Sequence record: PZ534515.1
Source of the DNA: a phage
DNA length: 64,000 bases
Strand: one strand, 5' to 3'
The translations under genes and the position numbers were made by a program. Under the pieces are notes generated by a model. That model was not told the origin of the DNA and searched no databases. It saw only the letters and a program-made list of their open reading frames with translations. This document shows positions 27,793 to 37,285 of this stretch, piece by piece (position 1 is the first letter of the stretch; the number at the start of each line of letters is the position of its first letter).

Positions 27793-28305
27793 ATGAAAAC
27801 TGTAGACGCTACCTTTGAAGTTGTAAAAGAAAAATTTTCCATCATTTACGAAGCTGTCAATTGCTACGAAGCAAGCCATAATCTTGATAATTGGAAGTTT
27901 ACAGATGACCATCAAGGCGGTGTGACTATTAAAAACCCCAACTGTCAGCGTAATGGATTTAAATATGCAATTCCTTTACATTACAGCCTTAAACAGCTTT
28001 CAATTGACTATGCAAAACAAGGCCGGGAAAATCCATCGAAAGAGGCTTACATCAGCTTACAGAAAGAACTAGAAAGAGATTTAGAGGCTTCAGAATATAA
28101 CATCGCCGCGAAAGTTGTAGATGCAAACGGTAGCACGGTTTTAGAGAGTTTTTATATTGGTTATGCTTTCGATTGGTGCTACAGTGACGGCGATGATTTA
28201 GATGACAGACTAAAAGAGGAAGTGAACAACGCAGACGCAGAATCTGAAGTATTAGAACGCTTGGAAGCATTAAAAGATTCAGTGATGAATATCTTTAAGA
28301 ACTAA
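27793..28305 (+). CDS. hypothetical acidic protein (array gene 4)
   Basis: Conserved leader. Acidic residues clearly outnumber basic ones by eye. Confidence 0.5.
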   Translation: MKTVDATFEVVKEKFSIIYEAVNCYEASHNLDNWKFTDDHQGGVTIKNPNCQRNGFKYAIPLHYSLKQLSIDYAKQGRENPSKEAYISLQKELERDLEASEYNIAAKVVDANGSTVLESFYIGYAFDWCYSDGDDLDDRLKEEVNNADAESEVLERLEALKDSVMNIFKN

Positions 28306-28397
28306 ATAGATTTCTTTACACGGGGCTAACAAGCTGGTAGGATAGCCCCAGATAAAGAGATTTATCAAATAAAGCCCTTAAACTAGGAGATTCAAAA

Positions 28398-28694
28398 ATG
28401 AAATTATCAAATCAAGTGCGTGAAAATCTAAGCAAATTACTCAATAAAATTGATTTTATCGAGACATCAAGAAATAGTCATGATGTTATGGAATGGTTAC
28501 ACGGCAAAATAAAAGGCCGTCGCGTAGTAATTTGCTTATGGAATAGTTGCAGGGAGTATAAAAAGCCTGTATTGCAAATTAATGTTTATGATGATACTTT
28601 TAAAAGTCCTGTTAAATCTGAAAGTGATTTATTAGAAGCTTATGAGATAACTGTAAATGGTAAAGTATCACGCAGAGAGGTAACACCATGCTAA
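28398..28694 (+). CDS. hypothetical protein (array gene 5)
   Basis: Conserved leader. Confidence 0.5.
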   Translation: MKLSNQVRENLSKLLNKIDFIETSRNSHDVMEWLHGKIKGRRVVICLWNSCREYKKPVLQINVYDDTFKSPVKSESDLLEAYEITVNGKVSRREVTPC

Positions 28695-29020
28695 TGATGG
28701 GCATCACTGCAATCATCGCCATTATAGCACTTTATAAGGCTTACAGCGCCTACAATCTGGCAAGTAAGGCAATCACGCAACAGGTCAATAATAGCCTTGT
28801 AATGAGCTTTCTGGAGCGTTTAAGTGATGAGCAAATAAAGCGGCTAGAAATGAGCTTCAGATTCAAAGCGAAAACCTATCAGATAAGTGATATCTTCAAA
28901 GATGATTTTCAGTTAGTCGATGATTATAATTCACTGATAAATGCTTTAAATATCAGTGACTTAAAAGACTACTACGCTGTAATTGTTCAAGAATTGAGCA
29001 AACGAAAAAATTTCTCTTGA
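28688..29020 (+). CDS. hypothetical membrane protein (array gene 6)
   Basis: ATG overlapping the upstream stop; N-terminal TM helix MLMMGITAIIAIIALY. Confidence 0.45.
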   Translation: MLMMGITAIIAIIALYKAYSAYNLASKAITQQVNNSLVMSFLERLSDEQIKRLEMSFRFKAKTYQISDIFKDDFQLVDDYNSLINALNISDLKDYYAVIVQELSKRKNFS

Positions 29021-29107
29021 TTTTGGTTTTTAAAACAAGTAAATTACTAATCAACGGGAGGGATGACCTCCCCACTAAGTAAAGTCCTTAAACTAGGAGA
29101 TTAGAAA

Positions 29108-29380
29108 ATGTATACTACTAACAACGGTCGTACTCTAAATGTAACTTTGCGCCACTATGTGAACGGTGTAATGCACTTCGAGGATTTACAAGCCGAACAA
29201 CATATCTTAGATTGGCAACTTGCAGGACTCCAAAAAACTGCTACAGGATACGGGAAAAAGATTCCAACCAGTTGGAAAGTATACTACGAAGGCCGTTTGC
29301 GCAGAATTTATCAAGATGTGCATAGCAATAGCGCAACAAGTTACATCATGGTAAAAGGCAAAAAGCTGCATTTAGTATAA
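29108..29380 (+). CDS. hypothetical protein (array gene 7)
   Basis: Type B leader. Confidence 0.5.
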   Translation: MYTTNNGRTLNVTLRHYVNGVMHFEDLQAEQHILDWQLAGLQKTATGYGKKIPTSWKVYYEGRLRRIYQDVHSNSATSYIMVKGKKLHLV

Positions 29381-29466
29381 AGTACTTTACAAGGGGCTTA
29401 TAGTTCGATAAAGTAAGCCCCAGATAAAGAGCTTTACCACTAAATCCTAAATTGGAGAACTTAAAA

Positions 29467-29871
29467 ATGGCTATTAATAATCGCGAGTTATCAATCTTAA
29501 AAGCACGTTTGACCGTTAACCGGATTAATGTTATTACGTCATCAGCACCGGACGAAACATTGCACAACATTATTGGGAAGATTCAAAGCGTTATCTTAGA
29601 CGTTGAAAACGTAAAAAACTCATTGGCTGACGTTGCAGCAGGTATCACGCTAGACGGTGCACAATATGAAATGACCGACATGTTAGGCAAATCTAAGGTA
29701 ATGAATAAAGAGCTTGATTTGAAAATGTTTCGATTTGCTGTTAAAGTGTGGCTATCTGTCGAGTATGACGCTAATTTTGCAATCGCTGACTTTTTCGCAA
29801 CATGGTTGCAACGTAACTTAACAAATCACGATTTTCGTAATATCTGTGATGCAATTTACGCAGAACTATAA
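29467..29871 (+). CDS. hypothetical protein (array gene 8)
   Basis: Type A leader places the ATG at 29467; the track start at 29452 is probably too far upstream. Confidence 0.45.
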   Translation: MAINNRELSILKARLTVNRINVITSSAPDETLHNIIGKIQSVILDVENVKNSLADVAAGITLDGAQYEMTDMLGKSKVMNKELDLKMFRFAVKVWLSVEYDANFAIADFFATWLQRNLTNHDFRNICDAIYAEL

Positions 29872-29880
29872 AAATTTTTG

Positions 29881-29909
29881 TTGACACTGGTTTTCAGATA
29901 GATTAAATT
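29881..29909 (+). promoter_or_regulatory. putative sigma70-like promoter (TTGACA-17 bp-TAAATT)
   Basis: Hexamers read from sequence inside the array. Confidence 0.35.
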
Positions 29910-29972
29910 ACACATCAACGGGGCTGGAATGACCTTCCCCACTAAATAAAGTCCTAAACTGGAGATTCAAAA

Positions 29973-30176
29973 ATGGCTATTATTAACGGTTTAACCATTG
30001 AAACTACACACATCAAAGATATTAAAGTTGGTGATGTAGTCCTTTCCCACGGCGTAGAGAAAACTGTTACTGCAAAGGATATCAAAGAGGATTCTTTCAT
30101 GGGTAGGACTCTCTTCGGTGATTCTTATTGCTTAGGTTATCTTGCAGTTTTAAAAGTTGTCAAAAATAACCGATAA
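29973..30176 (+). CDS. hypothetical protein (array gene 9)
   Basis: Type B leader. Confidence 0.5.
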   Translation: MAIINGLTIETTHIKDIKVGDVVLSHGVEKTVTAKDIKEDSFMGRTLFGDSYCLGYLAVLKVVKNNR

Positions 30177-30268
30177 AGTACTTTACAAGGGGCTTAAAAG
30201 TTGATATCTTAAGCCCCAGATAAAGAGCTTTACCACTAAATCAAGTCCTTAAACTAGGAGATTCAAAA

Positions 30269-30811
30269 ATGAAATGCTTTCACGGTACTACTCAAGAAAA
30301 TTTTATCAACCTGATTAATAACGGTGATAAGCCATCAGGTGCATGGAATTGTTCGGATATGGATGGGAATTTTTACGTTTATCCAGAAAATAAAATCTAT
30401 GGCGACGATGAGGAAGAGATAATCTCTGAAGGTATCCAGCAAGCTCTGGGCAATGCCGCTATCACCGCAGCTTTCCAGATGAAAACCCAAAATATTGTTA
30501 TCTTAGAACTTGATATTCCAGAAGATGAGTTAAACGATGATTATTCTTGTGATAATATGTCTGGCGTGGCAAGTTTTACAGAATATTTCGATTTAAACTG
30601 GATTAAAAAGGTTTACACCACTGAATTTAATGCTATGTTTTCACCATTTTGTCTGCCTTCACTGGATAACCCGAATTTAAGCTATATTGACGAGTCTCTG
30701 GAACTTCTCGCTAAAAGCGTTCAACAGTCCGACAGTATTCAAGTTTTTTGTGACATCATGGACACACTGACGGGAAACATCATAGAAAGAGATTTAAAGA
30801 GCTTTTTCTGA
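30269..30811 (+). CDS. hypothetical acidic protein (array gene 10)
   Basis: Type A leader; acidic patches. Confidence 0.5.
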   Translation: MKCFHGTTQENFINLINNGDKPSGAWNCSDMDGNFYVYPENKIYGDDEEEIISEGIQQALGNAAITAAFQMKTQNIVILELDIPEDELNDDYSCDNMSGVASFTEYFDLNWIKKVYTTEFNAMFSPFCLPSLDNPNLSYIDESLELLAKSVQQSDSIQVFCDIMDTLTGNIIERDLKSFF

Positions 30812-30844
30812 AAACCTATACAATCACCTTATAAACACTATTCA

Positions 30845-30866
30845 GCCCCTGTAAGGGGCTTTTAAG
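30845..30866 (+). terminator. rho-independent terminator
   Basis: agcccc-tgta-aggggct hairpin followed by TTT. Confidence 0.5.
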
Positions 30867-30877
30867 AGGCTTAAATC

Positions 30878-31111
30878 ATGCTTACAACTGTTTATCTCAT
30901 CCTTTCTATTTGTAACGGTCATTCATGTGATTTTAAAGGGCTTGAGGAGTTTACAGGAAGTAAAGAAAATGCCGTTCAGGTCTGTCAGATAGCAAGACAA
31001 GACTACCCCGCCAGTGATGACATTCAGTGTTATTTTAAGACAGAAGACAGCGACGGCGTTTATTTTGACAGCGTTGATGGTCAATATGAAATTATCATTG
31101 AAAAAGACTAG
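30878..31111 (+). CDS. hypothetical protein (array gene 11)
   Basis: AAGAGG upstream; the only array gene with its own non-modular leader. Confidence 0.45.
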   Translation: MLTTVYLILSICNGHSCDFKGLEEFTGSKENAVQVCQIARQDYPASDDIQCYFKTEDSDGVYFDSVDGQYEIIIEKD

Positions 31112-31199
31112 ACAAGCCTGATAAAAGTCTGTAAATTGTCAATCAACGGGAGGGATGACCTCCCAACTAAACAAAGTCCTTAAACTAGGAGATTCAAAA

Positions 31200-31541
31200 A
31201 TGGCTTATGTAACCGTAATTACCAATAAAGAAGATTCATCTTGGTCAACTCAAGTAAGTGACAAGATGTCACCTATGCAGTGCCTAAAATACTTTGAGCA
31301 ATGGAACAAAGGTGAGGAAACAAGCCCCTTTCAAGTAATGCAGGTTATTCATACAGACAACGAAGGGAATAAAACTGTTTTGAATAGTGAGTACTATGCA
31401 ACCAGATTCGAAACGAGAAGTAAAGCAATGAGGCTCTTACGTGAATCCGGTTACTCTCATATTGCCGCGCTAATCTGGGATGACCTCCTAAAAAGTCAGC
31501 GTATCAGCTATGTAAAACCTGAAAAAATATTTATCAGCTAA
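31200..31541 (+). CDS. hypothetical protein (array gene 12)
   Basis: Type B leader places the ATG at 31200. The track start at 31155 translates the conserved leader. Confidence 0.5.
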   Translation: MAYVTVITNKEDSSWSTQVSDKMSPMQCLKYFEQWNKGEETSPFQVMQVIHTDNEGNKTVLNSEYYATRFETRSKAMRLLRESGYSHIAALIWDDLLKSQRISYVKPEKIFIS

Positions 31542-31760
31542 TCAATAACTTACAAAAAACTTTTAAAAAAGTGTTGACAATGCCCCTTGACATTGGTAAC
31601 TTTGTTCGAGGGGGTTTATCTAAAAGGATTCACTTAAAAGATTCTTTATAGATAAACTTAAAAAATTGCTTGCAATCAGCTATCAAAACAAGTAAATTAC
31701 TAATCAACGGGAGGGATAACCTCCCCACTAAGTAAAGTCCTTAAACTAGGAGATTCAAAA

Positions 31761-32291
31761 ATGAACAAATTTCAAGCTATCAACTACATTCGCTCAATCC
31801 ATGTAATGTCAAAGCCTGTTAAAGACACCTATGAATTTCGTTGCAATGGTGTACACTTTGCAACCATCACTAAATCAGAAAACGGGACTTATTACATTCA
31901 TCGTCGTAATGTTGCAACCGTTGTAGTCTCTCACTTTATGCAAGCCGTTGCGGAACTCCTCCCGATGTTTTTAGGGCTTTACTTGGATGAGTGTAAGAAT
32001 ATCCGTAACCACGTTAAAAGCCTTTTAAACGGTTATAAAATGGCTTATGAACGTTCTATTCATAATTTGAACAAGTTCTATAAAGCCCCTGAAAACACCG
32101 TATCAATGGCATACGCTGTAAAGGGTGAGGCGGTGAGTCTCTTCGAAGTGGAAGAAATCGAGCTTTATGACCATCGCCCCAATGGTTACGCTAAAACTCT
32201 CGGTGAAGGTTTAACGTTTAACATCAAGAACTTAGAAAAAACTTTAAGAGATATTGAAAAAGATATTGACGAGACAATCAAAAATCTGTAA
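31761..32291 (+). CDS. hypothetical protein (array gene 13)
   Basis: Type B leader; preceded by a 220-bp spacer containing two TTGACA boxes. Confidence 0.5.
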   Translation: MNKFQAINYIRSIHVMSKPVKDTYEFRCNGVHFATITKSENGTYYIHRRNVATVVVSHFMQAVAELLPMFLGLYLDECKNIRNHVKSLLNGYKMAYERSIHNLNKFYKAPENTVSMAYAVKGEAVSLFEVEEIELYDHRPNGYAKTLGEGLTFNIKNLEKTLRDIEKDIDETIKNL

Positions 32292-32356
32292 ATTATCAAT
32301 CAACGGGAGGGATAACCTCCCCACTAAGTAAAGTCCTTAAACTAGGAGTTATCAAG

Positions 32357-32620
32357 ATGGAAAACGTAGAATTAACCACACTTTTACAAATTGCAACCGA
32401 TAAAGAAAACGTAGCATTAATTCACCGCATCGAAAGTGATTTGTTCAATGGTGAAATCATCAAAGAGTCTTACGAAGTTGTCGGATTCAAAGATGGTAAA
32501 ACGTTTGGATTCTTTGACCTCGACAAAGGCAACGCTGTTACAAATTACGATGTTTTATCTTGTGAGATTCTTACAAAATACAACGAAAAAAGGCTTGCAA
32601 CATACACCAACATGCAGTAA
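32357..32620 (+). CDS. hypothetical protein (array gene 14)
   Basis: Variant type B leader (aggagttatcaagATG). Confidence 0.45.
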   Translation: MENVELTTLLQIATDKENVALIHRIESDLFNGEIIKESYEVVGFKDGKTFGFFDLDKGNAVTNYDVLSCEILTKYNEKRLATYTNMQ

Positions 32621-32686
32621 ATTACTAATCAACGGGAGGTAATGACCTCCCCACTAAACAAAGTCCTTAAACTAGGAGATTCAAAA

Positions 32687-32935
32687 ATGGCAACTATCCG
32701 CGCAACTGTTAACGAATTTGGCTTCTACTCTCTGGATGTTAAATTTGACCTTGTAGGCACTGACAACGCCTTTGAAATGGTGAAAGGTCTTATCAGTCAG
32801 ACCATCAAAGACTATAATCCTTCTGATGAGTTCTGGAAAGAAACAAAACAGGAAGTTCTTAAAGATGGTTACACTTTTCACTATTGGGGAGAAAAAATCG
32901 TCTCCCTGTACTACAACAAACAAGATTATAACTAA
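32687..32935 (+). CDS. hypothetical protein (array gene 15)
   Basis: Type B leader places the ATG at 32687. The track start at 32642 translates the leader. Confidence 0.5.
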   Translation: MATIRATVNEFGFYSLDVKFDLVGTDNAFEMVKGLISQTIKDYNPSDEFWKETKQEVLKDGYTFHYWGEKIVSLYYNKQDYN

Positions 32936-32945
32936 TCGACGCAGC

Positions 32946-33000
32946 GGGGCTAAATAGCCCCAGATACCTTTACAGCCCCTTTCCAATAGGGGCTTTTTTA
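32946..33000 (+). terminator. tandem hairpins / rho-independent terminator closing the array
   Basis: ggggctaaatagcccc, then agcccctttccaataggggct followed by TTTTTT. Confidence 0.6.
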
Positions 33001-34530
33001 CGTCTTATGAAATGCCTATACAATCCTTTCCCTTTCCTTTCCAGAATCTTACTAGACCTTAAAAAGCAATAACTCTATAGCTTACTCTATAGCCTTTTAT
33101 CAAATCAACTTAAATATAAGCCCATAACCCGAAAGGGAAGGGCAACCATTTAAACGCTCTATAAAGCCCTATAACAGCCTTATCAACCCAACTTAAGGGA
33201 TTGCATTACCTCACCCTTAAAAGCCCTTTATAAAGCTTTCTAGAGCCTTAAAAGAATCTTATAAGGTTGTAAGCTTTATCATCTCGTTAGTATCTTATGA
33301 ACTACTAGAAAGGGCTTGTTAGTGTTTTAAAAGTATGTTATAGGGGCTATAAAGTTGCTTAAAAGTAGCTTAAAAGTTACGTAAATGCTAGCCCCCTTAA
33401 CATTTTCTTAACAATTTCTTAACAAACCCTACATAGTTATGCTTTTAAGGCACTTGTTAGCAACTTGTTAGCCCCTTGTTAAATCTCTGTTAAAACCATG
33501 TAAAAGCCTTGTAAGAGTCTTTGACATAGCCTTTAAAGCCCCTGTAAAGCCCTATAAAGAGCTTTCTACATAGTTGGGGTGTAATTACTAGGAAGAGACT
33601 TAAAAGAGCTTACAAGGAGCTATAGAGAGCTTTTAAGAGGGCTATTTAGAGAATCACTAAGAAAGAGAGGGAACGATAAGAAAAGAGATAGTGACCATGT
33701 TAATAGCTTGTTAAAAAGATTAAACACTTGTTAGGAACTTGTTAATTATCTTAACAAAATAACTCTTTAAAATTAACTTGTTAGCTCTTGTTAGTCATCT
33801 GTTAAGCATCTGTAAAGACTATTCAGCACTTGTTAGAAAACTGTTAAGCCCTTGTTAGTTCTGTTAAGAAACTGTTAAGACCTCTGAAGAGATGTTAAGA
33901 AGATGTAGCAACTGTTAAGAGATTGTTAATGATATTTTAAAATTCTGCAAAGGGGATGTTACAGGGATGTTAAGGGCTACCAAGCAGATATACATCTTCT
34001 ACAGATATTTTTGAGTTCCTTCAAAGACCCTAAAAAATGACTTGATAGTCCTATTTTATAAAAATTTTAAAATTCTGAATAATTACCTAGACAGTCTTTT
34101 AAAAATACAGGCATAAACAGGCTTATAAGATACCTTGTTAGTACCGTGTTAGACCTTGTGAGATAAGGTCTGTAAAGATATTCCTGTTAAGTTTGTTAAA
34201 ACAGTCTATATAGAGGCTTAGTAATACCTAGTGAACACCTATAGAGGGTAACATAGCTGACATAGAGATTAAGAGGTGTATAGGGGCTTCTAAGAGTGTG
34301 TAGATGTATGGTTAAGGTGATTGTATAGGTTGTTAAGAAGGCTTGTTAGAAGAGTGTTTAGAAGGGCTATACAGAGGGGCTATTAAGACCACTAGATAGT
34401 TACTAAGATACTATATAGTACTATATAACTATATATAGAGAGTAAGCTTAAGGAGGTTGTTAAGAAGGATAGATATTTTATTCACATATGATGGTGACCC
34501 AGAGGTTGGGACAACCGATAAAATTTTATA
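33000..34530. repeat. ORF-free zone with dense short degenerate repeats (YTGTTAR family and cttaaaag/tataaag family)
   Basis: No ORF of 60 aa or more on either strand across about 1.5 kb. More than 30 copies of cttgttag / ctgttaag / atgttaag; between 33700 and 33960 they recur about every 11 bp. Bounded by convergent terminators. Confidence 0.65.
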
Positions 34531-34565
34531 AAAATTAAAAAGCCCCCAATTAAGGAGGCTCTTAA
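34530..34565 (-). terminator. rho-independent terminator (minus strand)
   Basis: Reverse complement reads gagcctcc-ttaatt-gggggct hairpin followed by TTTTTAATTTTT, downstream of the last minus-strand gene. Confidence 0.5.
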
Positions 34566-34571
34566 GATATT

Positions 34572-35120
34572 TTAAATCAATGTTTCCAGAACTGTCTTCA
34601 GTGATGACTTGGTTGTCTGATAAAAATGAGTAAATCCGTTGTTGTTATCAAATATCTGCATCATGATATCATCTCCCTTGATTGGGTACACTCGGATATC
34701 ATAATGGAACCCATTAAAGACAGCAGAACCATTACAGAATGCACTAAAGTCATCCACTGAGATGTACTCTTCATGACCTGTGATTTTTATACAGATACCT
34801 TTACTCGGTCTCTTAGGGTTGATATCTTCCATCACAGACATACTCTGTCCACCAAGAGATACCATAGTGACCACTTTACGGTTCTTCTGTCTAAAGTACA
34901 TTTTAACTTTCTGTAAAGTGTCTTCATAGAACGGATAAGACTTCTCTACAAAGATTCCTTCTAATGGCTCTTTACCGTTTACAATACCTCTGGTATGACG
35001 TACTGAGAAGATAAGTTGCTCTAGTATGTCAAGGCTTTCTTCGGAGAGTGCTTCCCGAATATCATTCCAGTCAAGGACTAGGTAGTTGCCTTCAACTTCT
35101 TTTAAGTTATCTTTTTTCAT
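34572..35120 (-). CDS. hypothetical protein
   Basis: In-frame ATG (MKKDNLK...); the track start at 35165 is a TTG. Confidence 0.45.
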   Translation of the reverse strand: MKKDNLKEVEGNYLVLDWNDIREALSEESLDILEQLIFSVRHTRGIVNGKEPLEGIFVEKSYPFYEDTLQKVKMYFRQKNRKVVTMVSLGGQSMSVMEDINPKRPSKGICIKITGHEEYISVDDFSAFCNGSAVFNGFHYDIRVYPIKGDDIMMQIFDNNNGFTHFYQTTKSSLKTVLETLI

Positions 35121-35133
35121 ATCTATCACACCA

Positions 35134-35598
35134 TTATCGTAAAACTTGGTAATCTGGAACAGCAAACTTGTTGTCTTTGTTTTTAATGAGGTCTTCTTTT
35201 GTTACAAAGAATGTAAGACCACATAAGTGTGTATAGTGGCTACCATACTCAAATACTTTAAGTAAGTATTCGCCATCATCATAAACATGCTCTACTACAC
35301 CTTTTGCAACAATCTTTCCTGTCTTGAAGTCTTTAAGAGGGTATACGTTACCAACTTTAGGAACTGTTTTCATCTCAGGTTCTTTTAGTTTCTCACCAAC
35401 TTCTACATCACCTAGTAAGTGAGAACTCTCAAAAGCTACATATTGCATATAAGCTTCTGAGCATTCCCAGATAAAGCAATGTACAAGAGCCTTAGCAGCA
35501 TGTCTTGAACAATTCAACTTATCACAAATCTCTTTGTACATTTCATCTTTAGTTGAGTTGTCAAGCATTGCTTTTTGAACAACTTCTTTAATTTTCAT
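35134..35598 (-). CDS. hypothetical protein
   Basis: ATG start; Cys-rich N-terminal half. Confidence 0.45.
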   Translation of the reverse strand: MKIKEVVQKAMLDNSTKDEMYKEICDKLNCSRHAAKALVHCFIWECSEAYMQYVAFESSHLLGDVEVGEKLKEPEMKTVPKVGNVYPLKDFKTGKIVAKGVVEHVYDDGEYLLKVFEYGSHYTHLCGLTFFVTKEDLIKNKDNKFAVPDYQVLR

Positions 35599-35651
35599 TT
35601 CGCTACCTTCTAAGTTTCTACAAAGGGGCTATCAAGTAACCCCTCAAGTTA

Positions 35652-35876
35652 TTACTCAGACTTTTCAGTCTTCTTATCAGATTTCTTACTAGTCTTCTTC
35701 TCAGCTTTCTGTTCAGGTTCCTTCTCAGAAGTTGCCTTGATAACCATATCAAGAAGCTCTGATAGGTCACTCTTCAGCAAAGTAACAGGCTGCTCATTGT
35801 AGAAGTTTTTGTCAAGATAAACTTTGAACTCTTCAATAGAAGGAAATCCAAAAATTGGTACAGGTGTCTTAATCAT
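35652..35876 (-). CDS. hypothetical protein with Lys/Glu-rich tail
   Basis: ATG start; C-terminal EKEPEQKAEKKTSKKSDKKTEKSE. Confidence 0.4.
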   Translation of the reverse strand: MIKTPVPIFGFPSIEEFKVYLDKNFYNEQPVTLLKSDLSELLDMVIKATSEKEPEQKAEKKTSKKSDKKTEKSE

Positions 35877-35952
35877 TACTTAGTTTCTCCATAGGCATCT
35901 TTTAAGATTGCCTTGTTAATCATTTCAGCGATTGCAAAACGAACACATACAG

Positions 35953-36456
35953 CTATAATTGTAGGTTGCATTCTTTACTTACCTCTTCAAGTTTAACCTC
36001 AGAGTCCTTAAGTCGTTTCTTATGAACTCTGAATCTCATTAGTGAGATGATGATACCAACTAAAGGAACAGCATACAAGTACCAAACATCATATACCTTT
36101 GCAGTAATCTGTGTAATGGTTAAGTCTTGAGCTATGGAACTGATTGCTGATACTGCCAGTAATGTTGCTAAGAAAAATGCCAGTACCATGACAATACTTA
36201 AACAACCTCTGGCATGGTGTTCATGCTTAATGCACTTATTCTTTTCGTCAACAACCCTGTTGTAGTCATTTGTAAAGTCTCTGTAGAAAGCTTTCAAATA
36301 TTCTTTATTGTAGCCTTCAAAGCAACCTGTACCATACCAATAATCACCACCAAAATGTGCTATGATACCGGTATCTCCATTTGGTTTGGTTACTCTCAAA
36401 GAAGTATGATGACGAGTATCCTGATAATCTATCTTGTATCTTTCTTCGTAAATCAT
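35953..36456 (-). CDS. hypothetical membrane protein
   Basis: In-frame ATG with GAGAGG upstream (track start at 36486 is a GTG). Central TM segment LSIVMVLAFFLATLLAVSAI. Confidence 0.45.
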   Translation of the reverse strand: MIYEERYKIDYQDTRHHTSLRVTKPNGDTGIIAHFGGDYWYGTGCFEGYNKEYLKAFYRDFTNDYNRVVDEKNKCIKHEHHARGCLSIVMVLAFFLATLLAVSAISSIAQDLTITQITAKVYDVWYLYAVPLVGIIISLMRFRVHKKRLKDSEVKLEEVSKECNLQL

Positions 36457-36671
36457 TTTCCAACCTCTCTCAATCGTTTGTTCCACTCAAGGTCAACAAG
36501 TCTTTGCAGGACTTTCCCTCTAGGTGTTACACCTTTTAAATCTGCATCGTAGCAACGGTAAAAGTCACCTTCAGCATGTTTACCATAACATTTTCTGATA
36601 TTCTGACTTCTACGATATTGCTCTAACAGGGACAGTTTGTAGTAATCTTCAACTGTAGTTAGTTTTTTCAT
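36453..36671 (-). CDS. hypothetical protein
   Basis: ATG overlapping the neighbouring stop. Confidence 0.4.
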   Translation of the reverse strand: MKKLTTVEDYYKLSLLEQYRRSQNIRKCYGKHAEGDFYRCYDADLKGVTPRGKVLQRLVDLEWNKRLREVGK

Positions 36672-37213
36672 TCTTTCACCATAGCATTTCTGAACTGACG
36701 TTGAGTTTCTCTTGTAATTTCGTCTGGAGTAAACCCTGCTTTCAGCATATCTCTGAAAAGAACTTCTAAGTGATTCTTTTCAATAATGTAAATTGCATTC
36801 TGCACAGATGCCTTAAGTTCCTTCAGGTCACTGCTAATTTCTTCGCACTTGTTGACAATCTCTGTATCAACTTTCTTAAAGACTGGCATGGTATATCTAC
36901 GACCACCATTGGCAGCATCCATGAAAAATTTAAAAGATTCCTCAGAGTCCTTTAAAGCAATCCCTATAAAGTTCTTGTAAGCACCTGTGAAAGCTAAAGA
37001 CTCAATCTCAGCAGTTGAGTATACAGTTCCTGCACACAGTCTTGCGGAGGTACTAAATGTGTGGTTTGGTGTTATGTCAAAGTCTAAGTTCTTCAGTGGT
37101 CGAAAATAAACTGTGCCAGTATGCGAGATATGTGTTACAACAGCCTCCACACTCTTTGAAGGGTTCTGTTTAACATACAAAATAATTTTATCGTGTTCTT
37201 TCACTTTAGGCAT
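36668..37213 (-). CDS. hypothetical protein
   Basis: ATG start confirmed by reading the reverse complement. Confidence 0.45.
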   Translation of the reverse strand: MPKVKEHDKIILYVKQNPSKSVEAVVTHISHTGTVYFRPLKNLDFDITPNHTFSTSARLCAGTVYSTAEIESLAFTGAYKNFIGIALKDSEESFKFFMDAANGGRRYTMPVFKKVDTEIVNKCEEISSDLKELKASVQNAIYIIEKNHLEVLFRDMLKAGFTPDEITRETQRQFRNAMVKE

Positions 37214-37285
37214 ATCTATTCTCCAGAAACTAAAAAGGGAACTACCTCTCGATAGCTCCCATCATAGTTAATATTGTATACTTGG

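Larger units (their letters stand above)
26869..30217 (+). repeat. type A intergenic module, 6 copies: agtactttaca-[stem-loop GGGGCTT..AAGCCCC]-agataaagagctttaccac-..ttaaactaggagattcaaaaATG
   Basis: Hairpins at about 26869-26897, 27337-27367, 27717-27746, 28322-28349, 29393-29421 and 30189-30217. Stem arms are conserved while loops vary, which supports a structured element. Each copy ends in the same SD-start context. Confidence 0.7.
29056..32652 (+). repeat. type B intergenic module, 6 copies: (gtaaattactaat)caacGGGAGGgatgaCCTCCCcactaa-aaagtccttaaactaggagattcaaaaATG
   Basis: Hairpins at about 29056-29073, 29920-29940 (divergent), 31148-31164, 31709-31726, 32305-32322 and 32634-32652. They share the 3' leader with type A modules. 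Confidence 0.7.

Noticed and set aside
31155-32686. Track start codons at 31155 and 32642 giving N-terminal MTS.LNKVLKLGDSKMA extensions
   Set aside because: The extension is simply the conserved type B leader read in frame. The conserved SD places the true ATG at 31200 and 32687.
26855-32690. Regularly spaced repeated hairpin elements that superficially resemble a CRISPR array
   Set aside because: The repeats are about 60-90 bp composite modules, not 28-37 bp units. The intervening sequences are 200-550 bp protein-coding genes with ribosome-binding sites, and there are no cas genes. They are intergenic regulatory cassettes.
33000-34530. Repeat-dense ORF-free zone as a possible CRISPR array or coding region
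   Set aside because: Repeats are 7-9 bp, degenerate and irregularly interspersed with no uniform spacers, and there is no ORF of 60 aa or more on either strand.
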